Source: a virus
Reading direction: 5' to 3' (one strand)
Length of the DNA stretch: 64,000 nt
Virus record (IMG/VR): IMGVR_UViG_3300028786_000007
Location: 36,524-100,523 of that record
Part shown: positions 19,130 to 28,721 of the stretch, in pieces
Numbering within the stretch: position 1 is the stretch's first letter
How the letters are laid out: each line of letters begins with the position of its first letter
The notes under the pieces: generated by a model
What the model saw: only the letters and a program-made list of their open reading frames with translations
Told to the model about the DNA's origin: nothing
Database searches by the model: none
Position numbers and translations under genes: made by a program

Positions 19130-19501
19130 TTAGGCCCCTGCGAGCTTCCTGAGCATAAAGGAAACGTAAGGTTTACCGGCGTGGTGCTCGTAAAACTTGG
19201 CCGGGTGGCCGAAGCAATCTTCGCGCCGGCCGACGGCGATGCGCGCCTCCGGGCCGCCTTCCGTATTGTGCGGAAGGATGCAGGCGTTGGCCGCTACCGC
19301 TAAGGCACCCGCGCACATTGCGGTGCGCGGGTTCTCCGGACCGTGATCCTGGCGGTGGCAGGCGGGCACCTCGTTATTCGCCACCGCGTCGGCATAGAGC
19401 TCCGGGGTATGCCCACCCAGCCAGCCTGCGGGTGCACTGAGCCGCCAGGGGCACTCGCTACAAGGGGCGATGTGGCGTAGCATCATTTTAGTCCCAGCCA
19501 T
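19130..19501 (-). CDS. Cys/His-rich protein (DUF6283-like)
   Basis: PCSECPWR...ACH...CAGAL pattern. Confidence 0.55.
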   Translation of the reverse strand: MAGTKMMLRHIAPCSECPWRLSAPAGWLGGHTPELYADAVANNEVPACHRQDHGPENPRTAMCAGALAVAANACILPHNTEGGPEARIAVGRREDCFGHPAKFYEHHAGKPYVSFMLRKLAGA

Positions 19502-19725
19502 ACACGATTGGCATCTGCCCAGTCATAAACGCGGTTAAGTCCGTCGTTGAAGACCAGCAGTGCAGTTTCAGGATCAGCGTCGGCCATATCACGGGCCTTC
19601 GCTAGCTGCTTCGTCGGAGCATCAGGAAGCCGCTCGATGATCCCATCGGCGGCGGCTTTGATGGCTTCCGGCGTCTCCTCTGCGGAGAGGAGATCCTTGA
19701 TATTTACGGTGCGGTTCCAGCTCAT
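19483..19725 (-). CDS. Hypothetical protein
   Basis: ATGA-coupled start; C-terminal YDWADANRVWL. Confidence 0.6.
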   Translation of the reverse strand: MSWNRTVNIKDLLSAEETPEAIKAAADGIIERLPDAPTKQLAKARDMADADPETALLVFNDGLNRVYDWADANRVWLGLK

Positions 19726-20093
19726 TCGGCAATACCTTCCCAGAGCAGCTTGAGGTGATTCCACCGCTGGCTGAGGAACTTACGGACATTATCTTCGTCC
19801 TCATCCTTGATGCTAATTTCGCACCAACGGTAATCTCCCTTACGCTGCATCATAAAGAAGATGTACAGCGTATCGCGCCGCGGCCACCGGTCCTCTTCGT
19901 CTTCTGCGGGGTCGGCCTTTTTCCAGTCCCAACGGAAGACGAGGTTCATGTCCAGGTCTGAATCGCCCCATGCAGCATAGAAGTCTTCCCAACTATCATA
20001 AGGGAAGCAAACTTCGTGATTCCTGTTACCAGCGCAACGATAGTTAGTTTCGCTGCAATAGTAGGGGTGCTTGATTTCCCAAAGATGCGTCAT
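19722..20093 (-). CDS. Hypothetical protein
   Basis: ATGA-coupled; HPYYC..NLVFRWDW. Confidence 0.65.
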   Translation of the reverse strand: MTHLWEIKHPYYCSETNYRCAGNRNHEVCFPYDSWEDFYAAWGDSDLDMNLVFRWDWKKADPAEDEEDRWPRRDTLYIFFMMQRKGDYRWCEISIKDEDEDNVRKFLSQRWNHLKLLWEGIAE

Positions 20094-20281
20094 TCGAAAA
20101 TCTCCCGGAGCATCACGGCCCGCAAAATACGGCGCACGTAACGGTGCTCCTTCTTGATGTCGCGCGCCCGCGCGCGGATGGAGCGGCGGTTGCGGTACAC
20201 GTCATTGGGCCACGTATCGTGGCCGGGGCAGCACTGGTCGAGGGCGCGAGGCCCTTTGAGGTCTTCGATCTCACGGCGCAT
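20090..20281 (-). CDS. Small basic hypothetical protein
   Basis: GAGGT RBS; Arg-rich; CCPGHD. Confidence 0.5.
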   Translation of the reverse strand: MRREIEDLKGPRALDQCCPGHDTWPNDVYRNRRSIRARARDIKKEHRYVRRILRAVMLREIFE

Positions 20282-20471
20282 GTTGCACCTCTATGCCATA
20301 CTTTTTGAGCGGGTCGCTTAGCTCCGGAAAGTCTACGATAATCGTATCGACGAAGCAGTTGCTCACCTTAGTGCACAAATGTTGCCTAAAACTCTCTGCC
20401 ACAGCAGCGAGGTCTGGCTGAGCCGCGCCAAAGTCGGCGCGGACAATCACTTTGAGTGTAAATTCTTGCAT
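20271..20471 (-). CDS. Hypothetical protein
   Basis: GGAGGA RBS. Confidence 0.55.
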   Translation of the reverse strand: MQEFTLKVIVRADFGAAQPDLAAVAESFRQHLCTKVSNCFVDTIIVDFPELSDPLKKYGIEVQHAP

Positions 20472-20558
20472 CGCATCCTCCCTAAAGAGACGTCGGGAAC
20501 CACCCCGGCGTCCGTCAAGAGAGGAGGAGCCGCGCGAACGACTCCTCCAATTTGCCCG

Positions 20559-21728
20559 TTAGTCCTTCTTGGGTCCGCTACCGAAGATCACCACATTTTG
20601 CTGACCGCCCAACGGGACAGCAGAAAGCTGCGGCTTGACTTGCGGCTTTTCCGTGACCGCGACGAGCTTGGCCTTTTTGGCGAAGCGGCCGTGGCTATCA
20701 CGCATCTTACGCTTCGTTGCAACAACCGGCTCTGCCTTCTTGGCTTTCGCCACCGGCAGCGGGATCGGCGTTGCGACCGGGGCGATAACAACCGGCTCAG
20801 TCACGGCCGGAGCCGTATAGCCGATCACGTCTTCCGGCTCGTCCACAAACAGGTCAGCGGCCTCAATCAGCATTGCCTGATAGTGGTAGAAGGGCACCAG
20901 CTCAGCGGCCCGGTCGTATTCGGTGCGGGCAGCGCTAATTTGCGCCTGGGCGTCCGAAATCAGGGCCAGGAGCGGAGAAAGGTCGACCGGCTGGCTAGCC
21001 GGGGCTTCAGTGACGACCACCTCCGGAGCGGCTTCCTTGCGGCCGCTAGGCCGGAAAGCGCAGTAGAAGAAGAAAGTCTGCGCCAGCTCAAGGGCCAGGG
21101 CCCAGAGCAGCGGGGTCAGCTTACCGACCAGAACGGCCGGCAGTTGAATGGCGAAACCAATCGCCTCCGCCTGGGCGTCCGCGCTACCCGGCCGGCCCTG
21201 ATTGAGGGTGTACTGGGCGGTGGAGATATTGGACTTCGTCACCGCGACCTGTCCGCAGAACTCTTTAGACTTCGCTGCGGTAGCGTTGGAGCAGCCGGCA
21301 GTGGCTTCCCACCGCTTATTCTGCTTGAGTGCTTCCAGTTCGGCCTCAGCGCCTTTCAGTTGACGGTCGGCCCGCTTGTAAGCTTCAATTTTCAGGTCTG
21401 CACCCTCAACCTTCTCGGTGCGGTGGGTGGCCGTGTAGCCGACCGCATTCCACAGCACGAAAACGGTGCAGAGCAACCAACCCAGGCGAACCACCCAGGC
21501 CGCTGCGCGCTCACCCTCTTGCTTCAAGTGAGCAGCGTAGGGCATAAGAAACCAGGAGCCGAAGGCCACTGCCGCGCCGGCCGAACCCAGAAGGTAGCCG
21601 TCAAGTCCCGGAGCGCTCATCAGTCCGTTGCGAAAGGCGCTGAGGCCGCAATAGCCGCCCACCACCGTACCAGCCACGAGCATGCACGCCCGTACGACTG
21701 GCATATTATTCGATGCCATCATGTTCAT
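20559..21728 (-). CDS. Multi-pass membrane protein with coiled coil and basic C-terminal tail
   Basis: Three to four hydrophobic segments; GGGGAG RBS before 21728; RDSHGRFAK motif near the C-terminus. Confidence 0.65.
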   Translation of the reverse strand: MNMMASNNMPVVRACMLVAGTVVGGYCGLSAFRNGLMSAPGLDGYLLGSAGAAVAFGSWFLMPYAAHLKQEGERAAAWVVRLGWLLCTVFVLWNAVGYTATHRTEKVEGADLKIEAYKRADRQLKGAEAELEALKQNKRWEATAGCSNATAAKSKEFCGQVAVTKSNISTAQYTLNQGRPGSADAQAEAIGFAIQLPAVLVGKLTPLLWALALELAQTFFFYCAFRPSGRKEAAPEVVVTEAPASQPVDLSPLLALISDAQAQISAARTEYDRAAELVPFYHYQAMLIEAADLFVDEPEDVIGYTAPAVTEPVVIAPVATPIPLPVAKAKKAEPVVATKRKMRDSHGRFAKKAKLVAVTEKPQVKPQLSAVPLGGQQNVVIFGSGPKKD

Positions 21729-21947
21729 GTCTCCCCGTGGCTTATTAGCCGAATGGATGTGAAGAATAAGTCTGCTAATCTCCATTGCTGGAGGAGGCGG
21801 CCGTTTCGTCCCGGTCGCCCGCCGTAGCAATGCTAGAAGTAGAACCGCTGAGACCGCCTTTTGTAGAGCCCCCGTAACCGGGGAGAGGCACTAGTCGGGC
21901 GCTTCATTATGGTGACGGTGGAAGCGCTTCACCCGTTCAGTACAACC

Positions 21948-21978
21948 AATATACTTCTGCCGGCAGCAGAAGTAAAGT
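21948..21978. promoter_or_regulatory. Quasi-palindromic bidirectional promoter (TTTACTTCTGC family)
   Basis: - strand TTTACT-N17-TATATT; + strand TATACT-N17-TAAAGT; located at the divergence of two gene blocks. Confidence 0.7.
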
Positions 21979-22082
21979 ACCTTGTGTAACAATTCTGCAA
22001 CATTTGTGCAGAAAGTTTGAAGAGGAGAGCGCATTGCATTGAAGAAGAGGCATGATCTTGGCTGAAACAGGAGGATGCGGAT

Positions 22083-22415
22083 GTGTCTAAGGCAAAAGTC
22101 ATTCAGTTACAGGATAGTAAAAAACTCACAGATGTTCAGAAACGCAGCGCAAATAGTGCGCTAGCGGAAGGCGTCGATGCAGATGATGAGGCGAAATACT
22201 TAGAAGACTTGCGCGGAGTTGTGTGGAAGGAAGCGGGCACCGGCAGCGGCAGTTGGAAAAGCCTCGCTGAAAAGGCCGGCCTCGCGGATATGACCGTGCG
22301 CCGGTTCGCCACCGGTGAGACGAAGCGCCCAACCCTATTCACCATCCGCCGTATGCTGGCGGCGCTCAACTACCGGCTAACCTGGCAGAAGATCCCAAGG
22401 CAGAGGAAAAAATGA
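22083..22415 (+). CDS. XRE-family HTH transcriptional regulator
   Basis: SWKSLAEKAGLADMTVRRFATGETKRPTLFTI; AGGAGG RBS. Confidence 0.75.
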   Translation: MSKAKVIQLQDSKKLTDVQKRSANSALAEGVDADDEAKYLEDLRGVVWKEAGTGSGSWKSLAEKAGLADMTVRRFATGETKRPTLFTIRRMLAALNYRLTWQKIPRQRKK

Positions 22416-23428
22416 GCACTCATTCCGTCAATATTGTGGAAATCCCAGAGGTTCTCCCGCACGACAACGCTGACCGGCTCGGCATTGTGCATATCAACGG
22501 GTGGAGCTGCGTGGTCGCCAAGGACCAGTTCAAGACCGGCGACAAGGCGGTTTACGTGGAGCCGGACTACGTTGTGAGCACCTCCCATCCGGCCTTCGCC
22601 TTCCTGGCTAAGGGCAAGGAAGGTAAGCTCGACCACCGCATGAAGGCGATCCGGCTCCGTGGCCAGCTTAGCTTTGGGCTGCTGATCCCGGTCCCGGAAG
22701 ACCTTCAGGACTTACCGGTCGGCTCCGACGTCATGGAGCCCCTGGGCATTCGTCGTTACGAGCCGCCAATCCGGTTCATGAAGGCCGGCGCGGACGATTC
22801 GCTGCCTCAGGCAGAGTGGCCGCAGCTCTACATGCCGAAGTTCGACCTGGAAGACCTGCGCAAGTTCGAGAACCTGATGTTTGCGCCGGGCGACCGCGTC
22901 TTCGTGACGGAGAAGCTGCATGGCGGCAACGCCCGCGTGGTCTGGCACAACAACCAGCTTTACATTGGTTCGCGGAACCGGTGGTTGAAGCCGGACAGCC
23001 GCAGCGCATGGACGCATTCGCTGCTGAACGATGAGCAGTTTGCGCCCGGCATCCTGGAGTTCTGCAAGAAGCACCCGGACGTGACGTTCTATGGGGAGGT
23101 GTACGGCCCAGTGCAGGAGCTGCGCTACGGCTTGACCAACCCACGCTTCGCCTGCTTCGCCGCCCTGGAAAAGGACCAGTGGTGGGACATGGAGAAGCTC
23201 TATAATAAGCTGACTGAGCATAATATCCACCGCGCGCCGCTGCTCTATGTCGGCCCCTTTGATCGGGAGCTGATCGCGGCGCTAGGGGAAACGGACAGCG
23301 AGATCGAAAGCGCCGGGAAGGGCCATATGAAGGAAGGCGTCGTGATCGTCGCGGAGCCGGCCCGCATGCACCCCAACCTAGGCCGGGTGGCGCTGAAGCT
23401 GATCTCCAACCGCTATTGGCTGAGTTAA
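22412..23428 (+). CDS. ATP-dependent RNA ligase, DRB0094-like family
   Basis: N-terminal OB module (PHDNADRL, RLRGQLSFGL); motif I EKLHGGN, III YGEVYG, IV EGVVI, V ALKLIS. Confidence 0.85.
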   Translation: MSTHSVNIVEIPEVLPHDNADRLGIVHINGWSCVVAKDQFKTGDKAVYVEPDYVVSTSHPAFAFLAKGKEGKLDHRMKAIRLRGQLSFGLLIPVPEDLQDLPVGSDVMEPLGIRRYEPPIRFMKAGADDSLPQAEWPQLYMPKFDLEDLRKFENLMFAPGDRVFVTEKLHGGNARVVWHNNQLYIGSRNRWLKPDSRSAWTHSLLNDEQFAPGILEFCKKHPDVTFYGEVYGPVQELRYGLTNPRFACFAALEKDQWWDMEKLYNKLTEHNIHRAPLLYVGPFDRELIAALGETDSEIESAGKGHMKEGVVIVAEPARMHPNLGRVALKLISNRYWLS

Positions 23429-24075
23429 TGGATATACCCAAGCGAGTCGTAAGCGTGGACGCCGCGATCTTCAATGGTCGCGGCGACCTGCTGCTCATCG
23501 AACGTGAGGACGGTCGCGGCTGGGCCCTGCCTGGCGGCGTGGTGGAAGAAAACGAGACCGTAGAAGACGCCGTGGTCCGCGAAGTGCAGGAAGAGACCAA
23601 CGCCATTTGGCCAGAGGGCTTTGAGCTGCGTATGTTCCGGGTGTTTTCGGAGCCCGGCCGCGACCCGCGCGGGCCGACCATCTCGGTGGCCTTCTATGGC
23701 GTGGTACCCGACCGCGTCCACGTGCGCGGCGGCGATGATGCTAGGCGGGCGGAATGGGTGCGCGATTGGGAAGTCCGGACCCTCGCCTTCGACCACAAGG
23801 ATATTGCCCAGCGGGCCTGGGCCGTGACCGGGATTAGCCGCGGCCTCGCACCCTCCGAAGAGCCGTTTCCGGAGCCCTTGCCGGCTATCAGCTTTAAGCA
23901 ACGTCGCTACCTAGAGGATCTCTATGGGGGCATCGGATGGGGCCGACCGGCCAACAACCCGACATTTCTAGCCCTGCAGAATAAGGGCTTGGTCATTCTT
24001 GAGCCTGGGGATGAAAAACCATACTCCAAGTGTTGGAAAATAACGACGCTCGGCCGGGCTGTAATCAGCACGTAA
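23428..24075 (+). CDS. Nudix hydrolase (ADP-ribose pyrophosphatase-like) with C-terminal winged-helix-like extension
   Basis: Nudix box GGVVEENETVEDAVVREVQEET; RDPR, GDDA, LAFDH motifs; TAATG-coupled to the ligase. Confidence 0.85.
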   Translation: MDIPKRVVSVDAAIFNGRGDLLLIEREDGRGWALPGGVVEENETVEDAVVREVQEETNAIWPEGFELRMFRVFSEPGRDPRGPTISVAFYGVVPDRVHVRGGDDARRAEWVRDWEVRTLAFDHKDIAQRAWAVTGISRGLAPSEEPFPEPLPAISFKQRRYLEDLYGGIGWGRPANNPTFLALQNKGLVILEPGDEKPYSKCWKITTLGRAVIST

Positions 24076-24143
24076 AATCTGTGCTTTAACTTTGCACGCA
24101 GTCACGTTATTTTAGGGGTAATCCCTAATAAAGGGCTGCGTAA

Positions 24144-24470
24144 GTGGAATGTAACTTCTCTGTAAACTTGGGTGCTGGATTTTTCTGGTGCCTGACCCTC
24201 CTTGTGAGCGGGCTGGCGAGCTTCCTCTCCTGGCATGCCCGTCGAATCCTCGATAACTGGCTTACCGAGCGAGCCTTAAAAAAGGGGCAACTTTCCCTGC
24301 TTGGTCGGTATATCCCCCTACCTGAACGGCCGGCCAGGGAACGTCCCCAGCCCAAGGTGGAGGCCGTGCAAGCCATGCGCCTTAAGCCTCCGGAGCCGGA
24401 GCGTATCGCCCGCACCCGGCCCGGATGGCGTGCTCTAGACAATTACCCTTATTCTGTGGCGGCTGAATAG
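24144..24470 (+). CDS. Hypothetical membrane protein
   Basis: N-terminal hydrophobic helix. Confidence 0.45.
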   Translation: MECNFSVNLGAGFFWCLTLLVSGLASFLSWHARRILDNWLTERALKKGQLSLLGRYIPLPERPARERPQPKVEAVQAMRLKPPEPERIARTRPGWRALDNYPYSVAAE

Positions 24471-24545
24471 GGAATTGCACACGTCCCAGTAAAGCGCGCA
24501 GCGTATATTGCCTTGCGCGCATTTCTCTGTTCGATGAGGGTCAAT

Positions 24546-24659
24546 ATGACTGGCAAGGCATGCCCGCCCGGTATGGGCGGCAAAAAGATGGGCAGTGGTG
24601 GCGGTAAGGCCGGAGCGCCGAAACCCCCCAAGGTTCCCAGCGGTAAGAAGGGCTATTAG
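24546..24659 (+). CDS. 37-aa Gly/Lys/Pro-rich basic peptide
   Basis: MTGKACPPGMGGKKMGSGGGKAGAPKPPKVPSGKKGY; GAGG RBS; ends 2 nt before next gene. Confidence 0.55.
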   Translation: MTGKACPPGMGGKKMGSGGGKAGAPKPPKVPSGKKGY

Positions 24660-24661
24660 CC

Positions 24662-25021
24662 ATGGCAGCTGTTCGGGTATTCGCCCTCCCTGGGCTCAAC
24701 TCCTTAGCTATCGCTCCGGGTGGGACGAATCGCCCGAACAGCGATTCGGTTTATGTTCTCAGTCATCCGCCGCGCGGTCGTGCTAAGTTGACTGTCAACA
24801 CGGCGACGCCTGTCGCCACCGATGCTGACTTCGCTCCGGCTAAGACTGAAATGATCTTAGTGCAAGTCGATCCTGGTATTCGCGTACATATCGAATACAC
24901 CCCCAGAAATATACCTGACATTGTCGATGCTACGGACGAATCAATCATCATTAGCGGCGACACGCAACTTCGTTTCGCCGAAGGTGATCGAGTCTCCTTT
25001 CTCCAAGTTACTGAGTCATAG
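24662..25021 (+). CDS. Hypothetical protein (possible virion beta-rich protein)
   Basis: 119 aa, just upstream of the packaging module. Confidence 0.55.
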   Translation: MAAVRVFALPGLNSLAIAPGGTNRPNSDSVYVLSHPPRGRAKLTVNTATPVATDADFAPAKTEMILVQVDPGIRVHIEYTPRNIPDIVDATDESIIISGDTQLRFAEGDRVSFLQVTES

Positions 25022-25098
25022 TCGTTATTTGACTTGAAGCAGAACTAGAGACGTCCCATACTCTGCGTGATAACCCTCTGTTACCACGCAGATTTCCT

Positions 25099-25839
25099 AT
25101 GTCCGACGAAGAAAATACTGGTTCCGGCTGGACCACGCCTCCCAAAGGCAAAGCCAAAAAGCCCAAAACCACCAAGGCTAATGCACGCCGCCGCGGCAAT
25201 AAACATACCGTGCAGCGACGCATCACTGCTGAGAAGGTCAATGGGGAACTTGCGGACGGCTTGCATCCCCATGATGCGCCGCGCGAAGACATTCCATTGA
25301 TGAATGCCTTCGATCTTGTGCCGCCCGGAGAAATGATTCCGGAGCTCACTCCGGACGAAAAGCGCGGAGCCGGCGGAACCTACCGCGAAGAGTTCGCCCG
25401 CATCGCCCGCACGATCTGCGAGCTCGGCGGCACGGACATCGAGGTAGCCACCGCCCTGGGCGTATCGCTCTCCACCATGTGGGGCTGGCAAGCGCGTTAT
25501 GAGGATTTCTTCCGCGCTATGATCGTGGGTAAGGACTTACCCGACGAACGGGTGATCCGAGCCCTCTACCAACGTGCCGTCGGCTACACCTATCCAGAGT
25601 TTGACTTGCGCGTCATTAACCACCAGCTGGTCGTGACGCCCACGCTGAAACACATTCCCCCGGACGTGGGGGCGTGTAATGCGTGGTTGCGGTCCCGGCG
25701 TAAGAGCGAGTGGAACCCGGCCGTCAATATGGAGCTCACTGGCACCGACGCCTTCCGCAATATGTGGGCCATGGTGGCGCAGGGGCAACTCGCGCCGATG
25801 ATCGAAGGCACGGCCGTGGAGGTGGAAGATGGCCAGTGA
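25099..25839 (+). CDS. terS: Terminase small subunit
   Basis: HTH (GGTDIEVATALGVSLSTMWGW), ALYQRAVGY, HIPPDVGACNAWL; upstream of terL. Confidence 0.8.
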   Translation: MSDEENTGSGWTTPPKGKAKKPKTTKANARRRGNKHTVQRRITAEKVNGELADGLHPHDAPREDIPLMNAFDLVPPGEMIPELTPDEKRGAGGTYREEFARIARTICELGGTDIEVATALGVSLSTMWGWQARYEDFFRAMIVGKDLPDERVIRALYQRAVGYTYPEFDLRVINHQLVVTPTLKHIPPDVGACNAWLRSRRKSEWNPAVNMELTGTDAFRNMWAMVAQGQLAPMIEGTAVEVEDGQ

Positions 25840-26269
25840 GGCACGTATCTGGCGAGCCCGGAATTGGATGCCCGCTTATGACAAGTTGCCCCCGGAGCTC
25901 CGCAAGGCAATGCGGGAAGCCTTCTACGAGAACCACGACCCCACCGAGTTCCTGCCTTTTACCCTGTCACGCCACAACCGCATCGAGCCAATGATCGAAC
26001 AGATCAAGCGCGTTGATGAGGCTAAACTCGCAGATTGCCCGGTGGAACAGGTTGCCCGCGGCAGAGGCCGGCCGGTTGATACCGAAAGTGCCTTGGACCG
26101 GGCACTCAAGGGGAAGCGGCTCCCCAAGCCGGACCCGACTTCCCTACGCGCCGCGGCTGACCGCGCCCTGGAGCCCCCTACTTCCACTGCACCCTGCGAA
26201 GAATCTCCGTCGCCCGAACCCACCGACGCATCTGTTCTTTCTCGGCTGCGGAGGATGATCGGTGGCTGA
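25829..26269 (+). CDS. Hypothetical protein between terS and terL
   Basis: Overlaps both neighbours; GGAGG RBS. Confidence 0.55.
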   Translation: MASEARIWRARNWMPAYDKLPPELRKAMREAFYENHDPTEFLPFTLSRHNRIEPMIEQIKRVDEAKLADCPVEQVARGRGRPVDTESALDRALKGKRLPKPDPTSLRAAADRALEPPTSTAPCEESPSPEPTDASVLSRLRRMIGG

Positions 26270-27719
26270 CACGCTCCTCGCGAGTTCGGCCCAGACCCGT
26301 TCCCTGCCCAGCTGGCAAGTTGCCTGGCTCCGCTCCAAAAACGATCCGTATATTTTCACAACCGGTGTATTGGGCGTCCTTCCAGTCGGAGCGCCGAATC
26401 CCAATAACGAGCCGCAACTGGAGTTCTGGCAAGAGCAGGTACTTCGAGCAATACCGTTGCATGACCGTATTTCCATCCGGTCCGGTCACGGTGTAGGTAA
26501 GGGCGCTTTCATGAGCTGGATCGTGCTCTGGGCGTTGCTCACTCACGATGACGTTAAGATACCCGTTGCCGCCAACTCCCAGAACCAGCTCCGCGACAAC
26601 AATTGGCCAGAAATAGCCAAATGGCACAAGCGGCTTCCGGAACCGCTCCGTGAACAGATAGAGGTTCAGTCCGAGAAGGTTATTATCAAGGTTGCTCCCG
26701 AAAGCGCTTTCGCCGTGCGCCGGACAGCAACGAAAGAAAACCCCGAAGCCCTTCAAGGCTTGCGTGGAACCGCGACGTTCTACCTGATCGACGAAGCTTC
26801 CGGCATCCCGGACATTATCTTCGAAGTCGCCCAAGGCTCACTCTCCTCGCCCGGCGCTAAAGCGCTGCTGTTTTCCAACCCGACCCGCGCGTCGGGCTTC
26901 TTCTATGACACCCACCATAAATTGCGCGGCCGGTGGAAAACCTTTGTGGTTAACTCGGAAGATGTCCCGCGCGCCCGCGGTCACATTGAAGACATCATCC
27001 AAGCTTACGGTAAGGGCTCCAATAAATACCGCGTCCGCGTCCTGGGCGAATTTCCGACCGCTGATGACGAGACGGTTATCCCGCTGGAACTCATGGAAGC
27101 TGCACGCTTCCGAGAAATCTCCGTACCCAACGTCTACCCGGTGTGGGGACTGGACGTGGCCCGCTACGGTGACGACAGCACTGCGCTGTGCAAGCGTAAA
27201 GGCAATATGCTGCTGGAGCCAATCAGGGAGTGGCACCAGAAGGATACGATGCAAGTCGCCGGCCTGATTAAGGCTGAGTACGAAGCTACTCGCCCTGATG
27301 AAAAGCCGCAAGAGATCCTGATCGACGTGATCGGCCTGGGCGCGGGCGTGGTCGACCGGCTAGCCGAGTTGCGCTTGCCTGTGACCGGTATCAATGTCGG
27401 CGAATCGCCGGCCGCGGAAGACCTCTATATGCGGCTGCGTGATGAACTGTGGTTTAAGGGTCGCAAGTGGTTCATGGACCGCAACGTCATCTTCAATGAT
27501 GAGAAAACCATCGCTGAGCTTTGCCAACCAACCTATGATTTCCATAGCAACGGCCGCATCGTTGTTGAATCCAAGAAGGATATGAAAAAGCGCGGCATTA
27601 GGTCACCGAACCGCGCTGATGCCTTTCTGCTCACCCTCGCCGCGGGCCTGGACCGCAAGGTTGATCCGGGCCGTCACCGCGGCAGCAAGCCTAAGCGCCG
27701 CTCCGGCTGGGCCGCCTAA
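26262..27719 (+). CDS. terL: Terminase large subunit
   Basis: Walker A SGHGVGKG, Walker B LIDEAS, SNP, nuclease GLDVARYGDD and SPNRADA. Confidence 0.95.
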   Translation: MADTLLASSAQTRSLPSWQVAWLRSKNDPYIFTTGVLGVLPVGAPNPNNEPQLEFWQEQVLRAIPLHDRISIRSGHGVGKGAFMSWIVLWALLTHDDVKIPVAANSQNQLRDNNWPEIAKWHKRLPEPLREQIEVQSEKVIIKVAPESAFAVRRTATKENPEALQGLRGTATFYLIDEASGIPDIIFEVAQGSLSSPGAKALLFSNPTRASGFFYDTHHKLRGRWKTFVVNSEDVPRARGHIEDIIQAYGKGSNKYRVRVLGEFPTADDETVIPLELMEAARFREISVPNVYPVWGLDVARYGDDSTALCKRKGNMLLEPIREWHQKDTMQVAGLIKAEYEATRPDEKPQEILIDVIGLGAGVVDRLAELRLPVTGINVGESPAAEDLYMRLRDELWFKGRKWFMDRNVIFNDEKTIAELCQPTYDFHSNGRIVVESKKDMKKRGIRSPNRADAFLLTLAAGLDRKVDPGRHRGSKPKRRSGWAA

Positions 27720-27955
27720 ATGGAAAAGCCCGCTTGGGGGGAGTTCCCAAGCGGACCTGACATTCCACGCGATGAACATGAAAGAGGGCTTTTCCCGACG
27801 AAAAGATTGGCCCATTTGCGAATTTACTTGACTTACATGAGTAATACAACAGTTCTTACCCGGAACAACGCAAATTTCTGCGTGATTTCAAGCGCGTAAG
27901 TGGTAAAGTGCTAGCTGAACATGAAAGCTTGCACTTATAGGAACTTGACGCCATC

Positions 27956-28492
27956 ATGCAATCTCCATACCGTAAGTATGTCACGGGTGAAAAGCTTGAA
28001 GCTTTTAAGGCGGGCCTGGCGGAAACTCTAGGCTACCCCGAGCGCGCACAAGCAATCCGAGTTTCCGTGCGCACAATCAATCGCCGCAACGTCCTTCTAG
28101 GACTGATCGGCATTGAGGGTAAGCCGGCCGGCCGCGTCTTTGAATTACCCCTACCGGACCCCAAGGATCTCACCCCAGCCCGCTTTACCGCACTAGGTGC
28201 GGAAATGGGTCGTGCTGTTGACGGTTGGCTGCGGCCGCATATTCAAGAGCCGCTTCAAGCGGAAGCTGCGGCGCGCGGCTATTCGGTCTGGAATACGCAT
28301 GAGATCGAGGAGCTCGCCCAAGACGCGATCGACGAATGGGAAGCAATCTGGCGTGCCCACCTTGGCGGCAAGCTTCACGTCAAGGCGAAAGTGGCCCTGG
28401 TCAAGACATTCTCCGAAGAGATGATGAAGCTGCTGCTTCAGAAAGCTGCTAGTCGCGGCAAGAAAAAGGAGGGCGGCGATGGGGATAGCTGA
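27956..28492 (+). CDS. Hypothetical protein
   Basis: 178-aa ORF. Confidence 0.55.
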   Translation: MQSPYRKYVTGEKLEAFKAGLAETLGYPERAQAIRVSVRTINRRNVLLGLIGIEGKPAGRVFELPLPDPKDLTPARFTALGAEMGRAVDGWLRPHIQEPLQAEAAARGYSVWNTHEIEELAQDAIDEWEAIWRAHLGGKLHVKAKVALVKTFSEEMMKLLLQKAASRGKKKEGGDGDS

Positions 28493-28721
28493 CGTCCGCA
28501 ATACCCTCATTGAAGCGCTCCGCCCAGTGGGGCAGGTTGCCAATGTACGGATGAGCTATCGCGGTGGTGGTAGCCAACAAGTCATCTCTTTCCAGCTCAT
28601 TATTCAAAACGTCACCACGGCCCAGGAGATTGTACTTCCGGGCCATGCATCATTGCTGCAAGCCCTGAAACAAGCCGCCGAGATCATGGTGGCCAACCTA
28701 ACTCCGGAACCCGCTCCATGA
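28479..28721 (+). CDS. Hypothetical protein
   Basis: AGGAGG RBS; coupled. Confidence 0.55.
   Translation: MGIADVRNTLIEALRPVGQVANVRMSYRGGGSQQVISFQLIIQNVTTAQEIVLPGHASLLQALKQAAEIMVANLTPEPAP

Noticed and set aside
20379-21827. 482-aa + strand ORF
   Set aside because: Antisense shadow of the - strand membrane protein; no RBS or motifs
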